A stretch of DNA of 64,000 nucleotides from Chrysomallon squamiferum. Lineage: Eukaryota; Animalia; Mollusca. The notes under the pieces are model-generated. The model ran no database searches, had not been told where the DNA came from, and was given only the letters and a program-made list of their open reading frames with translations. Positions within the stretch are counted from its first letter, which is position 1. Every line of letters begins with the position of its first letter. The position numbers and the translations under genes are program-made. Where the stretch lies: assembly GCA_012295275.1 (NCBI GenBank), contig CM022670.1:9672001-9736000 (forward strand). The letters run 5' to 3'. This document shows positions 44,490 through 59,170 of the stretch, piece after piece.

Positions 44490-47400
44490 CTTACAAATGT
44501 ATTACAAATATGCACAGGAGCCGATATGTAACCAGAAGCAGATCGACACAGCCGAGGAAAAAAAAACACGTTGTTCAGCTGCATGATGTGTGTGTGTATT
44601 TATGACTTAACCATTTCTCCGCCTGATTTAGCTATAGCAAATCCGTGGACAGACATACACATATATACATACCCATTCATATGTGTGTATGTATGTGTAT
44701 TTGTGCGTGCGTGTGTCCTGTAGTCACCGTACTCATTTCTGTATTTTCTGGGACTGACCAGAAATATATCTTCTTGTTATTTGCAAATACATATGTTTAC
44801 TCTTCAGAGTTATATGTTTGGTCTTTAACTGATGGTCCAGACCTTAAAACGGTTTTCATTCTTTGAAAAATCAAGAACTATTACGTTTTGTTGTATAATT
44901 TCGAGACACGTGAATCCACTACTCTCGTGAGCTGTAGATTGAGAAATAAAGCAGTTAATTTCATTTATTATTTTTATTTTTTTTTTTTAGGTTTGCAGGA
45001 TAAAATTATGGCTATCTTAATATGATATTATATATAAATAAATCCTTGTCTGCTGACTCAGCTGGAAATAAAGCAATGTAAAATACATCTGAGTTCGCTG
45101 GTACCATAAAAAGAATTATTTAGTCGAACATATTCGCGCTACAAAAAGAACGTTTGTTTCAGTTTCGAAATAACGAATTAGACCTTATTTGTTACTCATT
45201 TTAAACTACAAAAACACTTTTGTCGTTTTTCCCACTGGATACGAAAACAGTGCTAGGTTTTGCTATATTGTAAGATTCAGCGGCAAAAGGTGATTCCCGG
45301 CCTTAAAAACGTTCATTCTCACATACGTAGATGTAGCCCTTGTTACTAAAGATGGTAATAACGTAACCAATTATTTTTCAGTATACAAATATTCAGAAAA
45401 AGGCTCTGTAAATTATTAGATCAGCTCATTTAATCTTCTCTATCTAAGTAATATACTTTTCCTTTTTTAGTAACAGCGATGGAAACTGCACAGAGATAAT
45501 TAATTATTTCATTATTAATTATTTCTAACAAGAATTACATTTTAAATATTAAAAGAGAATCATATGTCGATGATGTTGGTTGTTTGACTATTGCCCATGT
45601 ATAGTGCTTCCAGTTCGGGCCGACCACTGAGTGTCAGATATGCGCTTTACACACGATAGTTTGTTCTCAGACAATGCATCAGACAACTGCTTAAGAAATT
45701 AAAGGTCCTATTCGAAACATTTAGCTCCTTTAACCTTTATTTGTAATAAACTGAAGTTTAAGTTTCCTTCGTGTACTTTGTACGCCTAAGGGTAGTGTTT
45801 TTTTTTTTTACGTTATTTTTTTATCGCGTCACGTAATAATTCTACAAGTTACACACGTGAACATTAACTTTTGTTTAACGACACCCCAGCACACTGTCTA
45901 ATCAGCGGCTGTTACGTATCAGTCATGAGGTATTTGCGACAAAGCAACTAGTGAAATAGTTGTAGTCCACTGGCTAGTGAGGAAAGAAACTTTCAACAAC
46001 AAAACTGTTCAAAAATGAACCTCTACACATTTTGATTAAAAAAATAATAATAATAAGTGGGGGTCACCGGCGGGGCCCGTAGCATTTGCTACATTGTTAC
46101 GTTATTAATCCGGATTTGCATATGTACTGTAGTATTATGTTAAAATAACTCCTGTATTCGTACTATATGAAATACCTAAATATACTTATAGTGTACGGAT
46201 ACACCTACACATATCAGTATTAAAAATACACACATATATAGAATTCAAATAAAATTAACAGTTTAAATACAGAAGAAAAAACCACAAAAAAACATTCGTT
46301 TACCTGTAAGGTGAGCAACCAATATGAAAATGATTAGTAAAGCTACCTGATATGTTCCTAGTAATTCTAGCGTGAACTCTTTGCTTTACCGAGATGTGTA
46401 TTTTAAACAAGTTTAAAAGCATGACTTAGATGTTGCCGATATCACAGGCCCTACCCCCGTTAAGATTCTTTTGTCAGTGCCTTTCCGAGCATTCATATAT
46501 TCATTTTTTATTTTTATATATTTTTTTTAGCTTATGAAATTTCCGTGAATCGATACGAGATCAACAAAAGATTGCTTTGCAGTGCGACACAAGCGAGGGT
46601 TGCCTCAAAATACACAGTTTACTTCATAGGATCACTGTATATGCAGTATTTGCACATATAAAAGTATCTTTCTATAAAACTGAACAGACGTCTGTGCGTT
46701 TTCTTTTCTTTTAATTAGCTCGTTTTAAGCTCATGTGATTTTTACCGTGTGCAACCGTTCAAGCATTATCATTCACATTTAAGCTATATATAGTTTAACG
46801 TCAAAATACGTAACTATTTGATGGTATTTAAATACGTTTATACAGCGTTAGTTTAGTGTATGTAGAAAATACACAGAGAAAACTTTCATCTAAGCTGCTT
46901 CAAATATAATTTAAAAATTCACTGCTGGTAAGCAAGCACGTTATTAAATCATTATTTTATCTTGTGATTCCATGTTCTGCGGTACAGTATCAGGTCGCTG
47001 TTAACCGCACACAGTCACACAGGTAATAAAGAAATGAACTAAGTAGCTAGATTGTAATTATCATGTACCACTAAACAGAATTCATTTTCGGACTCTTTAT
47101 CCATACTCTCTGGGCTATAACAGATATGTTCTCGACTAACATGGTTTTAATTTCGAAAGACTAACCCCATCCACCCCAACCCGACTCGTACACCTGTATT
47201 AATCACCGAGGATTACAAACATCACATTCCATTTATCGCTTCTCATAAGCGGTTCCACAAGCAGCAATCGTGTATTTTCCAGTGGGAAAAACAGTCTTTG
47301 CAATTTAAAATGGAACAAATAACTGTTCCGTATTTGGAACAGTTAGCGAGGTCTTGCATCATCCTATATTGAGACGACCCCTCTAGTTCAAACAGATCAG

Positions 47401-48928
47401 TGCTTTACGGGCGGAGGTGTTGGGTTTTTCCTGTATTGCGTATCCAGTTGACAAATACGTGTATTACACGTCAGCCTATATCTGGCGAGGAACCAAAGAT
47501 AATCAAGCAAGTATCTGAGCTCCTCTTAGCCAGAGGACACTAAGACTAAATTGTAGATTATCCTCGCATATTTTTTTATTACCTAACATTAGCAAATACT
47601 CATATATAAGTGTATCTGCACAACATACATACATTAGGCATAGACATTCACACAAACATATTTAAATACACACATTCACTATTTTCAAATGCATGTACTC
47701 CACTTAAACATTTTCTTATTTGGTTTATTCACTATTATTTCATCATCGATCAAAGCCAAAGAAACAAAAAAGCAAAATAATAAATAAAATGATAAACAAA
47801 GAAACAAAAGAGTAAATTAGAACTTTAATTTAATTCGTAATTTATCAGTTTATTTTGCTGCAGTTGGCAGTTATCAACATGGAACACAAATAAGAAAAAT
47901 TAAGAAAAATTATGAATTAAAATTTGATATTTTAGTACTTTTTAAACTAACTGAATAACCACAGAGAAAGGACCAGGTATCTCCCTACCCAACGTTTTCC
48001 GGTGACAACGAAGAATCTCAAGTGAAACGAGAAATAAACACACGTACGTTTCAGTTACTGGATCATTCTTGAAATAATGTGAACAAATGTTCAGTAATAT
48101 TATCAGTAGCTATGTGTTGTATAATGTAAAAAGAAAAATCCTACTTTTTTCCATAAATTACGTTACTGTACATTATGATGCTAGTTATTTCAAAATGACG
48201 AAGGTAAAACTTTGTGAAAGGTGGAGTAACATCTAGTTTCTTCCTATAATGTATCTGGTACTCATGTTGTGTAAGTTTTTTCCACTCAAAAGTGATCAGG
48301 GTTAAAGTACATAATATCAGCCACGTATTACTTAAAGAGTACAGATGCGACTACAAATATCCAGATTAAAAATACACATATATATAAAAGACAAATAAAT
48401 TAACAGCTTAAATAGAGAAAAAAATGCGTTTATTTGTAAGGTGAGTAACCAACAAAGAAAACTGTTAGTTATATAAAATAATATAAAATTTTGAAATTTA
48501 TAAATAAATAATAATTAAATCACAAAAGAGAATTCTTCTGACAAGTATTATGTATTTCATTAAATTAGTTAATCTGTATACAGATTAATGAATTTCATTA
48601 ACTGCATCTCTGCTTAACAATGAATCATAGTTGTAGATCATCTCTGTTATCCTAGGATATCATTATTATGAACAATGTACACCTATATGTACATCATATA
48701 TACATTACCCACAGGCTCTCACACAAACCTATTTGAATACACACACATTAGACACAAATTTAAATGTATATACTCCATTTATTAAACAAACATAATTAAA
48801 TATTATAAAATAATAGTATTTCTATTTCGAAACCTTTGTCACTTATGAAATTAATATCTACCATTACACAAATTTCTAAAAATAAAATTACTCATGTGTG
48901 TCATTATTATTATTGCTTTTACTATTAC

Positions 48929-49007
<79 letters not shown>

Positions 49008-49652
49008 TCATGACGTGTTTCTTTACCATATAAACTGAAATGATTAGCGTTCAACTGTAAACATTAAATTTATGTATAAAATACAATTTGTGAGTTTTTT
49101 TTCTTGCCTTTTCCTAGAAAAGCTATTGTACCTTGTCGTTTATATACTCTATAAATATACTATATAAATTACTCTTATTAAGATAGTGAATTTTATTTAA
49201 GAAGAAGAGAAAGACGAAGAGGAAGAAAGATATGTTTGTCAGCTGAAGTTTATAGACGAATGACTTATTTTAGAAAAAAAAAATTATGTTTAATTCTTCT
49301 TCTCTTTTTTCTCTCTTTCTTTCTTTCTTTCTTTCTTTCTTTATTCATTACGTGTTTATTTACCATATAAGCAATCGTAAATATTCAAGAGGACTTCAGT
49401 GTTTTATATTTGATCTAATCATCCAACGTTTATCTATTTAAAAATGTATATCAATATGAACAACATAAAAGTAAAATGGAAACGAAAAAAATCTAGCTGC
49501 TACGAAATTAATTTTCTTGTTGATACATCCTGTGAGTAATCATGACAATCAGAAACATTTCAGTCCTAACTGCAATGCCTAAAATGCGTCAGCAGACAAC
49601 AGTTTATACAATAAAATCTTCAGCGTTGACGACGACGTTCTAAATGTAACAT

Positions 49653-52460
49653 TCAGAAATTGCTAAAATAGTTCATGGTCTTGTCCATCCGTCTCAGCAG
49701 GCTGGCAGCTTTGTTGGCGATGATGCCGACGTCAGAACCAGCAGGAGCAACGTTGTCAAGAGGGTTTACCGGGTCCAGCAGGACAGGGCGACAGTCTCTG
49801 AAAAACGACGTGCGTAAATAAATACATTATCCATCATTTGAAATCTTGCTAGCAGCCTCTCGATAATAATAATAATTAAAAATATTGCTGTTTCGCTTTT
49901 AAGAAATGCGTGGAATTTTTACCATGTGTCACTTCTAGATCTAGACTTGCATTAATTTATTCATACAGTCTGAGAAAAAAACAAAAACAATTTTTTTTTT
50001 TTTTTTTTTTAATAAAAACTAAACCTACTTTTACTGTTTGGGTTAAGTTATCATTATAACTGTTTGAGAATTAGTCATTAGCAGCTTATTGAAATTTATC
50101 TGTAGAAATTTCAATTTTACTTACGGCAGAGGTCCATGAACTGCAGGTTTGTGTGTATTCGGCCAGACTATTTTCATCTGATGAATGCTTTTCAAATTGG
50201 CAATAACTTCTCTGAAGCGTTCATTCATATTGAACACAGCAGGTTCTCCCCATAGTTGTTCCCACAGATAAACGATGAGTAATTCGATGAAATAAGATTT
50301 CCCAGGAACCTCTTCAGTCTGAAAACAATCATTGGTTAATTTTCGTGAAAATTCGGGAATATCACTAATCAGATAATTATTAATGACACAAGTAAAAAAA
50401 TAATCATTTTCACTTAATATTGTTGATTACTTAGTTAAACAAAAAAATAAAAAATAATAAAGCTACAAAAGAAAATCAATTGTAGTATAGTTTCAAGAAG
50501 TTTAGTTTAAATTGGATGTTTTTCATTAACGTGTAAGCAACTCGCTGTACGATAAAAAGTCGTAACTCAATTTACATCTTGAAGTGTACACTTACTCAGT
50601 TAAAAATTCATTTAATGATAAATAAAGAATGTTATGTTCGGATGCGACACATGATACTATTTTTTAAATTGTAAATTGTAACATTGTGAAGAGTTTTAAT
50701 ATTCGCGAATCTCGAAAACACTGAAGTAGACGCCTACTTTCTTCCAGTACTTCACAAGTCGAATAAGATCCTTGACTTTGGAAGGAGCTTTATCAACAAA
50801 TTCCGCTTGGAGCTGTGTGAAGCAAATCGAGTAGCATTTTTTCACATCTTTATCCTTGCTTCTCATTTCTCTGAAGATTTCATCCATGTTGGACACTGAA
50901 TATATCAAAAACAAAATACTATTTTTTGTTTTTCCACACGTTCGCTACCAAGCAATTAGATGATTTGGTAAAATAAATGAAATAACTTGAAACAGCAAGT
51001 TAACATAAACAAAGACAGTTGTATAGACACACACACACACACACACACTATCACGTGCACCTATATGAAATATGTGCAGATATATTTTCGTAGAAAGCAA
51101 GTAATTGTTGGAACAGAGCTCTGGATTTGTAATTCCACTTTACTTTACTCACTTGTTTTGTTGTTGTTGTTTTTTCTTCTGTAAATTAACCTAACTAGTA
51201 TACCACACGTCTGCGTCATTGTATACAACAATTTTATCACTGAACATTATATATTAATTTTATCAACGTAACCGTCTACCATGATTATTTTAAAATATGC
51301 AGTTAAAGCTACTTTTCACCTTTTCCAGGAAGATCCAGCGCTGGTAACAAGTCAACTGGAATATAGTCGTCATACCCTTTCAGGATTACTTCGAACTCGA
51401 CGCCGAAAGGTGTAATCTTGATGTTTCTCACTTCTTTTGCCCAGTTACTGTCGTTCTGCAAATGACCCTTCAGATTTTCTGAGATACCTCTTAGATTTCT
51501 CATGAAAATGGCCATTGTGGGATAGTCGTTTATGAACATTACCAAGTCCACATCTGAATTTCCGCGCAGGTCCGTGTTCTTTCCTTGAGAACCACTCTAG
51601 AAGTAAAAAGTTGTTAATGGTATTTAATTCACGCAGTAATGTAATTGTAATAACAATAAGACAAGCATCTTTTTTCATTCTTCATAATCGATAGTTAAAA
51701 GTGGATTGGACCTCATTATTTTCTGAATAAACAATCCAGTTACAAGCTGTACAGGAAATTTCTATATCTATGTATCCAAATGTTTTCTACCAGCGGTACA
51801 ATTCTTTCCTTTGTCTTTATCATTTTTAGGTGACTCTCCCATTATATATAAATATAACAAAAATAGAGCTTACTCTTCCAGTATATTCTTCATGATACAG
51901 TCAAGTAGCTGTAATAGTGAAAACTATTTCTGAATCTAACTTACCACATAGACTCTGTTAACACTGTATTTGGTATTGTGCTCCATGAATGTTTTCAGCC
52001 TCATTACAGCTTCTTTGCTTTTCTTTGTGTATGTCCGGTCGGGCCAAACCTTTCTCTGCATGAAACTGTCGAGCGATTCATCAGCTGCGGCTCCTTCTAG
52101 TATCCCTGGAAGTCCATTTGCAGTGTTAAAGTAATGCCTCAGATCTCTCCTGTGTTGTTCAAGACCATGTTTGGAAGCTAACACTTTGAAACAAACTGGG
52201 CATGCATTACTAGTTTCACGATGAGCATAAGACAACGCAGATGTGTGCTTTTTACTAATCATATGAAACAAAACACCAATTGAAGAACGTAATTTCTTGT
52301 AACAGATTGGACAATTCCGGCCAACGACTCTGCGGAACTCCTCCGAGTCGTGATGGCCTTTATCGTTTTTATGTTGAACAAGTCCTATTTCTGATTTCAA
52401 GCTTCTACCACATACTGAACAAACAGTACCGTTGAGATACTGGGACAGAAAAGATGCCAT
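49653..52460 (-). CDS. Triple C2H2 (H-x5-H) zinc finger-OAS fusion protein, OAS-C (~429 aa)
   Basis: Exons 51945-52460, 51320-51596, 50738-50895, 50125-50318, 49653-49797 (1290 nt, in frame). Three C-x2-C-x12-H-x5-H fingers lie in the same exon as the OAS N-terminal helices. Motifs SGSQGKNTDLRGNSDVDL, PVDLLPALD, KDLIRLVKYWK, SYFIELL, RPVLLDPVNP. Confidence 0.92.
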
Positions 52461-53379
52461 TGAAAGCAGCAAAAAGATAAATATTACTGAAAGCTGGAAA
52501 AAAAAAAAAATAATAATAATAATAATAATAAATTCTAAAAGATAAGTGAAGAAGTGAATATATTTTCGTGTGACTGATTTTGATAAGTGCGTGGATTTCT
52601 TTTGTTTTGGTTTTTTGGTTTTTTAAATATTACTGATTTATCTATTTCAAATCAACTTTATTTAGTTGTCACTATCAATTTCGACCAAGTTTATTTTTAC
52701 CAACAAGGATCGTAAATTTATCTCCATAAACACACCAATGATTTATATAATTATACATTCTCTACAGCCATTACTATGCAAGTTACTGGACAATTCAATA
52801 TAATATTATATATAGGTTAATCTGCATTTGTCGATGACTGCAGAAATACACTAAATATACAAATGTAAATAAATATGACATAAATGTATGTATAAAACAC
52901 AATCTGTGATTTTTTCTTGCCTTTTCCTAGAAATGCTATTTTAGTTTCTTATTTATATAGTATATACATATACTATATAAATTACCTCTTATTTAGACGC
53001 TGAATTGGATTTCTGAAGAAGAAAGAGAAGAATGACATGTTTGCTTTGAGGAAAAAATGCCTTTTTTTCTTTCTTTATTTCTTTCTTTATTTCTTTAGTA
53101 TCTGTTGTTGGTGTTGGTGTTGTTGTTGTTATTCATGTCCAAATTTGATGAAATTCTGTCCATCGTAACAAATGTAAATACCCCAAATAAAGCGAATACT
53201 TTGAAAGTTTTCTGCATTTTAGTTTCTACACCTTGTATTCGTATTATATCGAAAAAATATCTAAATATTTTCATAGTGTTGAGTAACGCCTACAAATATC
53301 AGTATTAAAAATGCACACATATATAAAAGACAAATAAAATTAACAGTATAAATAGAGAAAAAACAAAATATTCCCATAC

Positions 53380-53650
53380 CTGTATAGTGAACAACCAACA
53401 CAAAAATGATTAATAACGCCCACTTGAAATTTTCCTAGTAATTCTGACGTAAACTCTTCGCTTTTCCTAGAAATCTGTTTCCGAAAGGTATTTTTTTTAT
53501 AAACTTAAAAGCATAACCTGGATATTCCCAACACAGTGATCACCTCCGACTCTGATCAATAATTGTGCGAACACACAGACATCCAGTTTTTTGTCTTTAT
53601 ACAGATATTGTTTAAACTGAAAGTTGTAAAGTTTAAAAAGTATTTTTTTA
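53380..53650 (-). promoter_or_regulatory. Putative promoter/first exon of OAS-C with GAS sites
   Basis: Donor cag|gtatgg at 53380, TTCCTAGTAA 53432, TGACGTAA, TTCCTAGAA 53464, intronic TTCCTAGAA 52924, AAACTGAAAGT ~53614. Confidence 0.55.
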
Positions 53651-56098
53651 GCTTACGATAATATTTCCCTGAATCGATACGTGATAAACAAAAGATTGCT
53701 TTGCAGCGCGACACAAGCGAGGGGTTGTCTCAAAATATACAGTTTACTTCATAGGATCACTGTATACATAGTATTTCTACATATCCATATATCTTCGCGT
53801 TTTCTGATTTTACCGTTCACAAATTATAATTCACATGTAATCTCTATAAAGATTAGAGTCAAAATACGCAACCATTTGATGCTGAAAATAATTCTATCTA
53901 TATTATATATAACTTTATATAGCATTAATTTCGTTTATGTAGAAAGTACGCAGAGAAAACCTTCATCTAAGTTACTTGAAATATAATTCAAAAAATCATT
54001 GTTGGTAAGCAAGCACGTTATTAGATAATTGTATTAATGTTATGATTCCATCAGTGCATCCGTCAACTGTGTATTATTGTGTTCTGCGGTCCAGTATCAG
54101 GTCGCTGTTAACCGCACACACAGTCACACAGGTAATAAAGAAATGAACTAAGTAGCTAGATTGTAATTATCATGTACCACTAAATAGAATTCATTTTCGG
54201 ACTATTTATCCATCTTTTCTACTCCCTGGACTATAACAGATATGTTCTCGACTAACATGGTTTTAATTTCGAAAGACTAACCCCATCCACCCCAACCCGA
54301 CTCGTACACCTGTATTAATCACCGAGGTTTACAAACATCACATTCCATTTATCGCTTCTCGTAAGTGGTTCCACAAGCAGCAATCGTGTATTTTCCAGTG
54401 GGAAAAACAGTCTTTGCAATTTAAAATGGAACAAATAACTGTTCCGTATTTCGAACAGTTAGCGAGGTCTTGCATCATCCTATATTGAGACGACCCCTCT
54501 AGTTCAAACAGATCAGTGCTTTACGGGCGGAGGTGTTGGGTTTTTCCTGTATTGCGTTTACAGTTGACAAATACGTGTATTACACGTCAGCCTATATCTG
54601 GCGAGGAACCAAAGATAATCAAGCAAGTATCTGAGCTACTCAGCCAGAGAGCACTAAGACTAAATTGTAGATTATCCTCGCATATTTTATTATTACCTAA
54701 CATTAGCAAATACTCATATATAAGTATATCTGCACAACATACATACATTAGGCATAGACATTCACACAAACATATTTAAATACACACATTCACTATTTTC
54801 AAATGCATGTACTCCACTTAAACATTTTCTTATTTGGTTTATTCACTATTATTTCATCATCGATCAAAGCCAAAGAAACAAAAAAGCAAAATAATAAATA
54901 AAATGATAAACAAAGAAACAAAAGAGTAAATTAGAACTTTAATTTAATTCGTAATTTATCAGTTTATTTTGCTGCAGTTGGCAGTTATCAACATGGAACA
55001 CAAATAAGAAAATTAAGAAAAATTATGAATTAAAATTTGATATTTTAGTACTTTTTAAACTAACTGAATAACCACAGAGAAAGGACCAGGTATCTCCCTA
55101 CCCAACGTTTTCCGGTGACAACGAAGAATCTCAAGTGAAAACGAGAAATAAACACACGTACGTTTCAGTTACTGGATCATTCTTGAAATAATGTGAACAA
55201 ATGTTCAGTAATATTATCAGTAGTTATATATGTATGTATAATGTAAAAGAAAAACCCACCCTTTTTTTCCATAAATTACGTTACTGTACATTATGATGCT
55301 AGTTATTTCAAAATGACGAAGGTAAAACTTTGTGAAAGGTGGAGTAACATCTAGTTTCTTCCTATAATGTATCTGGTACTCATGTTGTGTAAGTTTTTTC
55401 CACTCAAAAAAATCATCAGTGTTAAAGTACATAATATCAGCTATTATCATTCAGTGCTTGTTTTTCTATTTTAATAATTTGAGATTCGTATTTTTCTTTT
55501 GTTCTTTTTATTAATTCTAAAGTTGAATTAAGAAACAATTTTAAAATTTTTTTTAGAAAATAAAATCATAATTTTATATATATATTAGTTACATTATTAT
55601 TATTATTTAATTAGATTTATTATTATTATTATATAACATTTAGGGTATATGTCCTCGTTCGATTAGCAATTTTAACATAATTCATCATAGTTTTTGATTA
55701 AATGATCTTTTTTCTGATTTTTAGTAATCAAAATGTCATTCAGTATAAAATGATAAGAAAACAAACAAAAAGGCAACAAAGTTCACAAAGAAAATACTTC
55801 ATTCATGAACGGGGAAATAAAATCACTGAATTTAAAAATTGATAATATAATCATTTTAAACAGTATATATATTTTAGTTTTCAATTTAATATTTAGCAAT
55901 TTCACCATATTCCTTAAAATAATATTATTCTAGTTCAGATGGAGACTTTTTCTTTTTTATTATTATTGTTACTTTTACTATCTATTATTTCTTTTCTCTC
56001 TTTTTCATATTATTTTTCTTCAAGTCTCTCTCTCTCTCTCTTTATTTGTTTATTTGTCTCTCTCTCTCTTAATCCTCTCTCTCTGTTCTCTCTCTCTC

Positions 56099-56158
<60 letters not shown>

Positions 56159-57043
56159 TCTCTCATAGTTTTACTGTTTATTTACAATGTGGAAATAATC
56201 ATAATGGTATTAGTGGAACTAAATCCGCTATTATAACAATCAGATCTCTTCATAGTCATTTTTTGTTTTATTAAACCCAGTAAATCCAAATTAATATTTC
56301 TTAATATCATAAATTATTGGAAAAAGAAAATAAGAGACTTGTGCATGTATAACAAAAAAAATATGTTTTCTTCCGAGCAAAATGATTCCTCATGACTTCA
56401 ACATACGATTTTATTTCAAAAACAGAAGAATAAGACCATGAAGCAATAACTTTTATTGATTGACCAAAGTACCAAAATAAAACATTTAAATATTTGAAAA
56501 TTTAATAGGAAAAGCTAAATATTTCTAGCATTAAAAACAAAAAACGCAAAGAAACACAAAAACGTTAGTTCAATAAGTTTGTTAGAAATTATTTTAAATT
56601 TGTTCCAAAATTATTTCTATATCATTTTTTATTATTTTTATTTCTTTTATTTAATTAAATATTTATATATATATATATATATTAAGCATAAATAATTTCT
56701 CATTTTTTTATTATTTCCATTAATTCTATTCTATTTTATTCTAGCAAAAAATATTATTACTTTTTTGAATATTTTTATTCATATTTTATTTATTTTAAAA
56801 TTATTTAAAAAAAAAAAGATTATAACCCTTTCATATATATTTTTACTTTTTAAGTGACTGTTTGCAAATTTTTCTAAAATTATTCACATTTGCTATTTTG
56901 TCTTCTGTACTTTAGTCATTGATATCATGTTTGTTATAAAAGACTTGTATCAAATGGCGAGTATGACCCTTCGTATCAACTTATTTTATTTTATTGATAC
57001 GTGATATCTGTTTTCATTTGTGCTTATTTATTTTTATTTATTT

Positions 57044-57139
<96 letters not shown>

Positions 57140-57811
57140 TGTTTTATTCATTTTTTTTTATATTTGTTGTTGTTGTCAGTATTATTATATTAATTAATTT
57201 AATTAATTATTTTAGTTTTTTTGAAAGTAATGAATATACGCAATGTTTAGATAAATTACCACTTCAGTACACTGTAATGATTTTCACAAGAACAATATTT
57301 TCATAAATGTTTCTTTACCATCATTTAACAGTATGCCGTATGATCTACTTGAAACCGCTTGTGATAACTTTTTAACGTAGCAATGGTTATAATGAGTAAT
57401 AAAGCAACAAAAGATCTTATTAAATACAAAGAATGTAAATATAGTTGTGTTGTGGAAAATACAAATAATGAAAATAATTACGCTATTGTAACTGCACAAA
57501 ATGAAAATAATCTAAAATTTAAAAACAAAATGTTAAAATCACATGCGTAAACAAAAAATTAAGCTAACGAAGATACACAAATAAGCTCCCAAAATACACA
57601 AGATATAAAAAGAAAAAGAAAAAGAAACAACAGCAATGAAGAACATGAAGCGCGTTACAACACTTTGCGTTTGTTTTCCTGTCAATCTGATCGAGTACAT
57701 CTTATTCTTACATCTGTACAGCTATTTTAATGTTTCATATCTGTAATTATGTATGTATATATGTCAGCTATAGATTGTAAACAAGAAACTGTTCACTGCA
57801 GTGTTCATCTT

Positions 57812-59094
57812 TCAACGCATTCTCTGAAGGGTTTGCCTAGCTTTACGCATTATAACATTAACATCAGCTTCATCAGGTTCCAGGTTGATGAAAGGATTCG
57901 CCGCATCCAAAAGGACAGGTCTTGGTCTACAACAAGAATCCGAAATGAGACTGAAAAATTCTAGTACTGCCTTCACAATGTTGTGATATTTAATGAAAAT
58001 TTTGTGTTTATTGTCTTTTATGAAGTTTATTTTACAGACATTTGTGTGTCTATATGGGTGTACGTACGTATCTTTGTGTCTATATGTGTAAGTACCTATG
58101 TACATTTGAATTCGTGTTTAATGAAAGAGGCAAGATAATCCCAAATGAAATATATGTAATTATATTAAACACTTCTCTGAAGATAAAGATGGTCATAGTC
58201 AATATTCAGGTCAATTCTCACAAACATCAGATGCCTCTAACAAGACTCGAACCTGCCTCCCATTCACTCGCAACCATGGCGGACTACTCAGTAAGAGATG
58301 GTATGTATGTATGAATATATGTAAACACATATACGTAGACGTATTAATCTTTACTTACAGAATCAACCTGTACTTGGACGCGTTATAGTGATCTTCCCAC
58401 AATACCCTTATCTTTGAAAAATCTGCCAGTGCTTCCATAACATTCTGGAATTTCTCCTTCATTGAAAAACTCTCAGGTTCTCCCCATTCTTGCCACAAAT
58501 GTATAATGAGGAGTTCGACGGCATATGATTTAATTTGGACGTGATTGGTCTGTAAACAGAATATTTAAAAATACGTTCAAAGAAAAAAAGGGTGTGTAAT
58601 ACCAAATACTGCAAGACATGTTTTTTATTTTAGGTTAAAAAAAACATTTAATACTGCATCTTTGAAATGTCATTAGGTCTCTCTGTCCCTTTGTATCAGT
58701 ATATATTTATCATTTAATCATGCTTCTTTACTTATTTATTTATTTATTTTATTTATTTTCTTATTTAAGTATTTACTCATTCATTCCTACTTTCTGTCAG
58801 ATACTAGTATAAAATACATACGTCTTTCCAGTACTTGACAAGTCGAATCAGATTTTTAACATTGACAGGAACAACTCTCACGAATTCTCTTTGCCTCTTT
58901 GACAAACAGGCAGAATAGTTTCGCCTGTGATCTTCCGATTCTGTCTTCATTTCATCATAGACAGAAGACGGCGTTTCTGAAATTACAAAATGACAGAGAA
59001 ATTCCACTCTGAACTCTATTTCTGTCTGTGTGTATTACAGTGCATGTTTCTGAAATCTAAGGTTTTATATTAATAATAATAATAATATAATATA

Positions 59095-59170
<76 letters not shown>

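Noticed and set aside
49653-49700. C-terminal CaaX prenylation or ubiquitin-like tail as in vertebrate OAS1 p46/OASL
   Set aside because: Predicted termini are LQRMR (A, B, D) and YFSNF (C); no such motif is seen.
55440-57140. Apparently highly diverged spacer sequence (also 36200-36960 and 59790-59940)
   Set aside because: Looks like a scrambled mixture of paralogous low-complexity sequence, typical of poor consensus in collapsed repeats; not interpreted biologically.
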